A stretch of DNA of 14,551 nt. Source: Candidatus Fraserbacteria bacterium. GTDB lineage: Bacteria; Bipolaricaulota; Bipolaricaulia; RBG-16-55-9. Made by a program: the position numbers and the translations under genes. Location of the stretch: assembly GCA_037442925.1 (NCBI GenBank), contig JBBIPG010000059.1:1-14551 (forward strand), in the 5' to 3' direction. The first letter of the stretch is position 1; every line of letters begins with the position of its first letter. Under the pieces are notes generated by a model. It was not told the DNA's origin. It ran no database searches and saw nothing but the letters and a program-made list of their open reading frames with translations. This document shows positions 8,229-14,551 of this stretch, piece by piece.

Positions 8229-8407
8229 TCTCCGCTGCGCTGGCGGTAGCGACGCGCTTGGCGCGGGTCAACTCGTTTCATGCGTTCCAGCAGTTCCCGC
8301 GTGGTGGGCCGCTCGACATCCGGTGCGCGTGGGCCACCCTCATCCCCGCCGTCGTTCGGCTTGGTCCAGGGTTGATCTGTGATCGGCTGGGTCTTGCGCT
8401 CAGGCAC
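8225..8407 (-). CDS. ubact: UBact, prokaryotic ubiquitin-like tag protein (60 aa)
   Basis: MPERKTQPITDQPWTKPNDGGDEGGPRAPDVERPTTRELLERMKRVDPRQARRYRQRSGE; sits in the pup position between dop and prcB; C-terminal R[ST]G[EQ] plus LLxRM++VDP..A++YRQR is the UBact pattern rather than Pup's FVxxYVQKGG[EQ]. Start moved from 8416 to GTG 8407 because AGGAGG (8421-8416) lies 8 nt upstream of it. Confidence 0.92.
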   Translation of the reverse strand: MPERKTQPITDQPWTKPNDGGDEGGPRAPDVERPTTRELLERMKRVDPRQARRYRQRSGE

Positions 8408-8412
8408 TCTGG

Positions 8413-9930
8413 TCACCTCCTCGCTTGCATCTCAGCGATTGATTCTACCACATCTTCGAAGCTGGCGTCGGCTGGCATCTCTTTGAGAGGCTCTAGCTCG
8501 CCATTCACGGCGTGACGCAGATCCAGCTTGACCATTCTCCTTCGGTGCTTTACAGTGAGTTGCCCCCAGCTTGCGGACTTCACATCAAAGCGGCTCAAGC
8601 AGAGTTCCCGTAGATAAGCTCGTGTGTTGCGCGGCGCAGAATATTTCGCTTCTTCCACTTGTGCATCACTCGTAAGGCGTTGCATTGAACCCTGACGCTG
8701 TAACGAAAAGAACAGCCCGCGCTCGGGGTCGAGGTGGTGATACTCCAGCTCTAGGCTACGCAGCTGATCCAGATCCTCATGCCAGTTCCGGTTCTCATCT
8801 TCCAGAAAAGATTCCAACAAATCCCGTTTGGCAACCCAATCGAGGCGATCGCGCAAGCGCCGCGGGTCTTCCTCCAGATCGTTGAGTACGACCGCCCACT
8901 CGCGAAGTAACCAGTCCGTTTCGTCATCTCTACCGGCAAAGAGCTCTTGTGCCGCGAGTTGATAGGCCCGTTGAATATCTAGAGCCGGCATGGTCTTGTC
9001 ATCACTTAGCGTAACCAGCCAGCGGCAGGTCGAGTCCTGCGAGATCTGTCGGATGGCCTCAATGGGATCTTTGAGTTCTACGGGTGCGCCGTAGCCCGCT
9101 TCCAGGGTCCCGAGCACGAGTGCCGTCGTTCCGAGCTTGAGAGCCGTGGCGTACTCGCTCAGATTGGCATCGCCGCAGATGAGATGCAGTCGTCTCCACA
9201 GGCGACGATCGGCGTGCGGCTCGTCTCGCGTATTGATCAGGGGTCGGTGGTGGAGGGTATCCACGCTGGCAATCTCATCGAAAAAATCGGCCCGTTGCGA
9301 GAGTTGATAGAACAGATGGTCACTCTTGTCAGCAGGGCCTTCCACACCCACCTTCCCCGCTCCGGCGTACAGAATTCGCGTAACGAGAAAGGGCAGCAGT
9401 CCACTCAAGAGATGGTCGAACGGTAGATCGCGGCGCACCAAGTAATTCTCATGGCAGCCGTAACTGATGCCGTGATAGTCGGTATTGTTTTTATACACGG
9501 CTACAGCTCGTCCCGTGCGCTGATGATAGCGTTGCGCTGCTTCCCACACGATTCGCTCGCCTGCGCGATCGTGAGCGAGCAAATCCCATAGGCTCAGGCA
9601 TTCCGGCGTGCTGTATTCCGGATGGCCGTGATCGTGATAGAAGCGTGCTCCGTTGGTGAGCACTCGATCCACGTGCTCTTCATGGGGGGTTCGGGGCTGG
9701 GGCGTGCGTGATCGGGAGATCTGCTCGTAATGATCGTCCGTGGGATTCGTCTTTAAGTGAGGGGCGCGGAAACCGCGCAGATCCTGGAGTGGACTCTCTT
9801 GCTCGTAATCCCAGGGCACACCCGCAGGTCCACTCTGGACGACTTGGCGAGCTTCTGCCATGAGATCCACAACATCGATGCGGTCTACCCATAGACCGTA
9901 TTCGGTCTCCAGTCCCGTTAGGCGATCCAT
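8413..9930 (-). CDS. dop: Dop-family deamidase/depupylase (505 aa)
   Basis: MDRLTGLETEYG, Dop loop WDYEQESPLQDLRGF, VLTNGARFYHDHGHPEYSTPEC, YKNNTDYHGISYGCHENY, SQRADFF, LINTRDEPHAD..RRLHLICGDAN. Start set at ATG 9930, 10 nt after the arc stop; the track's extra 53 codons largely overlap arc. Confidence 0.9.
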   Translation of the reverse strand: MDRLTGLETEYGLWVDRIDVVDLMAEARQVVQSGPAGVPWDYEQESPLQDLRGFRAPHLKTNPTDDHYEQISRSRTPQPRTPHEEHVDRVLTNGARFYHDHGHPEYSTPECLSLWDLLAHDRAGERIVWEAAQRYHQRTGRAVAVYKNNTDYHGISYGCHENYLVRRDLPFDHLLSGLLPFLVTRILYAGAGKVGVEGPADKSDHLFYQLSQRADFFDEIASVDTLHHRPLINTRDEPHADRRLWRRLHLICGDANLSEYATALKLGTTALVLGTLEAGYGAPVELKDPIEAIRQISQDSTCRWLVTLSDDKTMPALDIQRAYQLAAQELFAGRDDETDWLLREWAVVLNDLEEDPRRLRDRLDWVAKRDLLESFLEDENRNWHEDLDQLRSLELEYHHLDPERGLFFSLQRQGSMQRLTSDAQVEEAKYSAPRNTRAYLRELCLSRFDVKSASWGQLTVKHRRRMVKLDLRHAVNGELEPLKEMPADASFEDVVESIAEMQARR

Positions 9931-9940
9931 GGGCGTGGGA

Positions 9941-12900
9941 TCATACGACGGATTCGATGGGGAAGCGGCGGTCGCCCTCGCGGATCGGGCGAACTTCCAT
10001 GACATCCTCCGCTTCGAAGTCGATGAGCTTGAGCCAGTCTTCCAGATAGTCCGTCTTGGGGAAGATCTCGTTCTCGTGATACTCTGCACGCAGGGCCTCT
10101 TGGAGATCCTCTAAGCGGATGCCCTCGTTCGCGTTCTTTCGACCGATGCAGCGTTGGATAGCGAAGTCCTTGGCCCTTTCCACAGCGGACATGAGGAGAG
10201 CGCCGCTCACCAGATCGCTCCAGTAGAGCGTTTCGCGTCGGCCGCTGCGCAAGTGCACCTCCAAAAAAGCGGTCTCTGGGCTCCTACGGAAGAGATAATC
10301 GGCAGCCTGCTCGATCAAGGCGCTGCGAGCTTTGTCCGGATTGTCGTCATGCTCCTTGACCCATGTGGGGTCAAGAGGCACGCGTTCGTTCAAATAGATC
10401 CTGAGAATATCGGCAGACGCTCGGCGGTCCGGTCGGCCGATCTTCACTTTTCTGTCGATGCGCTCGGGTCTTAGAATGGCCGGGTCAATGTAATCGGGGC
10501 GATTGGAGGTGAGCATGACCACTACATTTTCGAGATCGACGAGGCCATCCATCTCCGCGGCAAACTGGGGGACGACGGTATTAGCGATATTGAGATAACG
10601 CCCGCTGCTGCGCACGCGCAGTAGCGAATCCGCCTCGTCGATGAAGACGAAGACGAGATGGCCCTCCTTGGCCCGCTCGCGGGCCAAGGAGAAGATCTCG
10701 CGCACCATGCGCTCGGTCTCCCCCAGCCACATGTTGAGAAGCTGCGGCCCGTTGATGAACATGAAGTACTCTCTCACATCTTGGCCCAGTCGCTCTTTAT
10801 AAGACTGAGTGAGGTTGTAGGCTGTGGCTTTGGCGATGAGCGTATTGTGGGTGATGATCCCTCCTAGCCCCCCAATGAAGGTATGGGTGTCCGCCACAGT
10901 CAAGTCATACACGTAACCATCGGCTCTCTTCTTCGTGATTGAGACAACTCGATCCCAGAGGATATCGGATTGGCAGAGTCGGCTCAACACTGCTATGGTG
11001 GCTGTGTCCGGTTTGGCCTCGAGGATCTCCCCGAGTTTCCGTCGGCTCAGGATTTTTCGACCCTCGTAGTTGTGCTTGGTCTGATAGAACTGCTCTTTAT
11101 TCTGCCTCACCTCAGTCCTTGCCCGGCTTAAGAGGTCTTGAATATTGGGGAGGATGTCGACATTAGTGATCTCTTTTCTGTCGGGGGCGGTCCATTTCTC
11201 CAGTCTCCGATTCTTCTCATCACTGAAGAAACCGATCTGCTTCTGGAAGGTTCTCAAATGGCTAGCTCCACTGATGTAGAGCCGGTAATAGGTGTGGTCG
11301 TTGGTCCGGACCCTCTTCTCCCTGATCCGGGCCGCAATGCCGAACCTCAGTAAGAGATAGGTCAATTTGCTGGCAAACTTCGGGCTGGCGGTGGTCAGTT
11401 CGATCTCGGGGACATCCTTTCGTACTGTAGCCTCGCTTTCGAAGACGGCCCGCAAGAAACGGGCGACGATGCTCTGAGGAGAGCGCATAAGGGAATCCGG
11501 CACATCGGTAGCTCTCGAGTTAACCAGATCGAAATCGAAGGCCTGTTTGAGCCATCTCAACAAGGAGACGGAGTTCATCATCACTTTATAGACTTTATCT
11601 GACGTATCAGGCTTGATCATCGGCTCTAGGCCGAAGGTCTCGCGAGAGAGCGTAGCGACTCGTTCGATAAGTCTCAGGTCTGAATTATGGAAATTGAGGC
11701 CTCCTGCGGATCGGCTGCCTTCGCTCAGAAGGAATCCGAAGCATTCGGCGAGATCGCCGTTTACATCTTGGAAGAATTTCACGGGCCGCGTGTGGGGGTG
11801 ATTCGGGGAGATCCAACGCAGGGTCCCATTGCCCTCAACGGCAAAACCGGCAGTCGCTTTGGAAGGGACGTGGAATTCCTCGTGCTTCGTGCGTATCCTC
11901 CTCGGCACAGCGATGAAATCCCCGAGCTTTATATCAGCTACCCGAACTTTGTTGATCCCTTGATTCAGCACTAGGAAGGGATGCTCTGGAGTCACCGTGA
12001 TCTTCCGGCCGGAGTGGGTCGTGACCTCGTAGAGGTCGCCTTGATACCTTTCCCTGTAAACGAAATCCACTTTCTTGGGGACGATTTGCAGGCTGTCAGG
12101 ATCGAGCGTCAAGACTTCTAGGCTGTTTGGTTCGATGATCGATTCCCCGCCATCGTCTTTGAGAGTGGTGCCCGCGAGTCGGGATTCTTCAAAGAGCTTA
12201 TCAATCGGTTCCACGCGGCCGTCGGCCAAGAGAATGGGAGTATCCCCTGCAACACATTTGCCACACCCCGGTGGTCCATATAAAAGAATCCCCTTGAGTT
12301 GCCGCTTGCCGAATCTCTTATAGAGATCTGGGTAGAGCAAGGGGCGCTCGATGGTGTCCCGAATGAGCTGGATGGCCTCCTCTTGACCGCCCACTTGCTC
12401 CCAGGAGATATCCGGGATCTGTTCCAGATAGTAGCCTCGGACCTCGGACTTTTGGAAATGCTCGAGCGCTACACGCAAGGAGGGCTCCAGACGGACTTCG
12501 TCACCGGGCTTAAGAGCCGTCTTCTCCAGATCCGATGAGCGCAGGAGGATGCGCCCCGAGAGCTGATGACCGTCGACGGAAACCCTCAAGCGCCCGTCGG
12601 GCAGGATTTCTGACACTTTGACGATTGGGCCTTCCGGGTGATACCCCAGATCGCCGATGACCGTAAAGGCTTCGTTGACTTTGATGCGCGTGCCGACTTT
12701 GATTGTCTTGAGGTTCAGCTTCGGGTCCACATTGGCGTAATATTCCGCATCACCCACGGCGATATAGGCGATGCCGTCTGTGGGAGAGCCCAAGTACGTC
12801 CCAATGCGGTTGGCCGGAGAGGTGAGCTTCTGGTAGACCTCCTCGAACTGAGCGATGGCCTGGCGAGCCTCTTCCAGCTGGTGCTCGTCCACCTGAAGTT

Positions 12901-13060
12901 GGTAATCGAGCAGTTCGAGTAGTTCAAGGCGAGCGTCATCTTGGGGAGTGCGTGCCAAGATCTCCGCTAAGAGGGCGCGCGCGCGGATCTGCGTCTCAAA
13001 CTGGAAGTCACCGGGGTTGCGCTCTGGGCGCGGCTGTTTGGGTTCCTTGCGACTCGCCAT
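9941..13060 (-). CDS. arc: Proteasome-associated AAA+ ATPase (ARC/Mpa family), intein-containing precursor (1039 aa; 568 aa spliced)
   Basis: N-terminal coiled coil ending KLTSPANRIG, two OB-type segments, PDISWEQVGG, Walker A GILLYGPPGCGK|TLIAKA reconstituted on intein removal, pore loop NMWLGETER, Walker B VFIDEAD, SRH SNRPDYIDPAILRPERIDRK, VSGA and ENEIFP motifs. GAGGTGG lies 5 nt upstream of ATG 13060 and overlaps the track's GTG at 13069. Confidence 0.93.
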   Translation of the reverse strand: MASRKEPKQPRPERNPGDFQFETQIRARALLAEILARTPQDDARLELLELLDYQLQVDEHQLEEARQAIAQFEEVYQKLTSPANRIGTYLGSPTDGIAYIAVGDAEYYANVDPKLNLKTIKVGTRIKVNEAFTVIGDLGYHPEGPIVKVSEILPDGRLRVSVDGHQLSGRILLRSSDLEKTALKPGDEVRLEPSLRVALEHFQKSEVRGYYLEQIPDISWEQVGGQEEAIQLIRDTIERPLLYPDLYKRFGKRQLKGILLYGPPGCGKCVAGDTPILLADGRVEPIDKLFEESRLAGTTLKDDGGESIIEPNSLEVLTLDPDSLQIVPKKVDFVYRERYQGDLYEVTTHSGRKITVTPEHPFLVLNQGINKVRVADIKLGDFIAVPRRIRTKHEEFHVPSKATAGFAVEGNGTLRWISPNHPHTRPVKFFQDVNGDLAECFGFLLSEGSRSAGGLNFHNSDLRLIERVATLSRETFGLEPMIKPDTSDKVYKVMMNSVSLLRWLKQAFDFDLVNSRATDVPDSLMRSPQSIVARFLRAVFESEATVRKDVPEIELTTASPKFASKLTYLLLRFGIAARIREKRVRTNDHTYYRLYISGASHLRTFQKQIGFFSDEKNRRLEKWTAPDRKEITNVDILPNIQDLLSRARTEVRQNKEQFYQTKHNYEGRKILSRRKLGEILEAKPDTATIAVLSRLCQSDILWDRVVSITKKRADGYVYDLTVADTHTFIGGLGGIITHNTLIAKATAYNLTQSYKERLGQDVREYFMFINGPQLLNMWLGETERMVREIFSLARERAKEGHLVFVFIDEADSLLRVRSSGRYLNIANTVVPQFAAEMDGLVDLENVVVMLTSNRPDYIDPAILRPERIDRKVKIGRPDRRASADILRIYLNERVPLDPTWVKEHDDNPDKARSALIEQAADYLFRRSPETAFLEVHLRSGRRETLYWSDLVSGALLMSAVERAKDFAIQRCIGRKNANEGIRLEDLQEALRAEYHENEIFPKTDYLEDWLKLIDFEAEDVMEVRPIREGDRRFPIESVV
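10844..12256 (-). mobile_element. 471-aa intein with LAGLIDADG homing endonuclease in the Walker A motif of ARC
   Basis: Block A CVAGDTPILLADG (Cys1 codon 12256-12254), block B GRKITVTPEHPFL, block C LAECFGFLLSEG, block E FLRAVFESEA, block H LTYLLLRFGI, block F VYDLTVADTHTFIG, block G ITHN (Asn codon 10846-10844), +1 Thr. 1413 nt = 471 codons. Confidence 0.96.
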
Positions 13061-13228
13061 CGGTTCCACCTCACGACCTTTTCGGAGTATGAGCCTCTCC
13101 GGCTCAGTCCAATAACGTTAGCGCGAATCGTCTCTCGATGCAAGGAGATCGCATGGAGACACGTGTCTTTTCCGGAAGTGTAATGTGCGTCGCTGGCAAC
13201 CGACCCTTGTCCGGCGTATAAGGATCAC

Positions 13229-14551
13229 ATGAGAAAAGAAAAAGGCTGGAGGGCCATTCTTGTATTCATTGTATTCATTGGTATTGTGGCGAGTCTGCCT
13301 CAAGGCATCTGGGTAGGCATGGATAGCGCTCTGGCGAGCGAAGGCGTGCATGCCCAATTGGCCGAGAGCCTCCCCCTGATCGGCGTCGATCGGGTCCATC
13401 AAGAGTTGCGCATCAACGGGCTGCGCGTGGGCATTCTCATCATGGACGATTGGACCATCAACGAGAATGGCTATGCGCACGGACAAGCGGTGGCTGACAT
13501 CGTGAGGGCTGTGGCTCCTGGTGCGCGTATCTGGTCCTGCAAGCTGATGTTCTTCGCCCGGATTTCACAGCAAGACTTTGCCGACTGCTTGCTAAAAATC
13601 GTGCGCGAGCGCTTGCCGGTTCGCGTGGTGAACATGAGTTTTGCCGTCGGCGAAGAGATCTTTGATCGGCCGTGTGATTCTCTCGATGACCCGCTCACCC
13701 GTGCCATCCGTCTACTTCGCCAGAAGGGCGTGATCTTTGTTGCTGCTGCGGGCAACGATGGGCGGAAGAACGCACTGCGCTACCCGGCGTGTCTGCCTGA
13801 AGTGATCTCTGTGGGAGCGACGTACGATCTTGCTGGGTCCGTGCAGTTCGACAATGACCAAGTCTTCTGTCGAGATATGGCTGTGATCGATAACGTCACG
13901 TGTTACTCGAATGTCGCGGATTTCCTCGACCTCGTCGCTCCGGGGACCACGATCAGTACGCCCACGGCGTCCAATTTTGGCGGCACCTCCGCGGCCGCAC
14001 CCATTGTGACCGGAGTGATCGCTCTCATGCTGGGAGCCGATCCTTCCTTGCCGCAACGCGCGATTCTCGAGAACCTACGAACCACGGCCGTTCTTGTGCG
14101 CGATCCCAGATCTTCTCAATCCTTCCCGCGCGTGGACGCCTATCGAGCCGTGCGGGCCGTACTGGCAGCACGGCAGACTCCGTCCGCAACCGCTTCCTCT
14201 CACGCGCTTGCCGACTTTGACACCAATGGTGACGGCGTCATTGACGACTCGGAGTACTATGCCGCCCTGGAGGCGTGGATCGCCGGCCAGATCAGCGATG
14301 AGCTCTTCTTTGACGTGACGGACTATTGGGTACGAGGGGCGCGCGTACGCGCAACCGACGCGAAATTCTCATCTGAAAACACAGAGAAGTTCCAGCTCTA
14401 CGATCTGCAAGGGCGGGAGATTGCGCATCTGGATGGGGCCTCTTCCGGGGAGCTTCGTGCTCTGGTGCGCACGCTCGCCAATGGAGTCTACGTCTATGTA
14501 GCGACTCGAACTGTGCAAGGCAAAACAGTTCGTTCCATGGGGAAGATCGTG
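13229..14551 (+). CDS. Secreted subtilisin-like S8 serine peptidase with EF-hand/dockerin-like motif and C-terminal sorting-like domain (3'-truncated, at least 441 aa)
   Basis: Hand-translated; absent from the ORF track because there is no stop in the window. MRKEKGWRAILVFIVFIGIVA signal/anchor; GILIMDD (Asp), AHGQAVADIV (His), VVNMSF, FVAAAGNDG (oxyanion Asn), YPACLPEVISVGA, DLVAPG, GGTSAAAPIVTG (Ser); DTNGDGVIDDSE; QLYDLQGR...LANGVYVYV. Confidence 0.9.
   Translation, partial: MRKEKGWRAILVFIVFIGIVASLPQGIWVGMDSALASEGVHAQLAESLPLIGVDRVHQELRINGLRVGILIMDDWTINENGYAHGQAVADIVRAVAPGARIWSCKLMFFARISQQDFADCLLKIVRERLPVRVVNMSFAVGEEIFDRPCDSLDDPLTRAIRLLRQKGVIFVAAAGNDGRKNALRYPACLPEVISVGATYDLAGSVQFDNDQVFCRDMAVIDNVTCYSNVADFLDLVAPGTTISTPTASNFGGTSAAAPIVTGVIALMLGADPSLPQRAILENLRTTAVLVRDPRSSQSFPRVDAYRAVRAVLAARQTPSATASSHALADFDTNGDGVIDDSEYYAALEAWIAGQISDELFFDVTDYWVRGARVRATDAKFSSENTEKFQLYDLQGREIAHLDGASSGELRALVRTLANGVYVYVATRTVQGKTVRSMGKIV

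Noticed and set aside
8225..8416. Calling the tag canonical Pup, or using the 63-aa ORF from 8416
   Set aside because: No GG[EQ] end or Pup core motif; the AGGAGG overlaps the 8416 GTG but is well spaced for GTG 8407.
9931..10089. 53-codon N-terminal extension of Dop, or an arc-dop frameshift fusion
   Set aside because: It overlaps the conserved arc C-terminus in another frame, family homology starts at MDRLTGLETEYG, and I see no slippery site.
13194..13222. Possible TGGCAA-N17-TATAAG promoter giving a leaderless protease transcript
   Set aside because: Weak -35 and the -10 lacks the conserved final T; not supportable without TSS data.
13259..13285. Tandem TTGTATTCA x2 plus a degenerate third copy
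   Set aside because: In-frame 9-mer encoding VFI-VFI in the signal peptide; too short to be a CRISPR or phase-variation tract.
13118..14318. Short ORF-track entries at the right end
   Set aside because: Antisense or out-of-frame to the continuous S8 peptidase frame starting at 13229.
1..14551. tRNA, rRNA, CRISPR array, IS element, integrase, pafBC or bpa
   Set aside because: None recognisable; nearly all sequence is accounted for by CDS and the gaps are under 170 bp.

Overview
Bacterial chromosomal window, GC-rich in coding regions. Candidatus Bipolaricaulota/Acetothermia is a tentative guess, from the UBact sequence and the secreted-protein tail as I recall them. Left to right: (1) the 3' end of a dCTP deaminase gene interrupted by a LAGLIDADG intein; (2) a yajC-secD-secF operon with its own sigma70 promoter; (3) convergent holA; (4) a small Zn-ribbon protein with a possible ribbon-helix-helix N-terminus, behind a perfect-consensus promoter and a 22-bp palindrome; (5) a complete minus-strand proteasome/tagging operon, arc-dop-ubact-prcB-prcA-pafA; (6) a divergent, 3'-truncated secreted S8 protease that the ORF track misses. 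The tag is UBact-type (ends RSGE), not actinobacterial Pup. The main points of interest are a 471-aa homing-endonuclease intein in the Walker A motif of the proteasomal ATPase, an ATPase tail without the GQYL/HbYX motif, a ligase with a remodelled signature motif, and a second intein whose +1 residue is the predicted active-site Ser of dCTP deaminase. All calls come from motif recognition by eye; no searches were run, so novelty is unverified.
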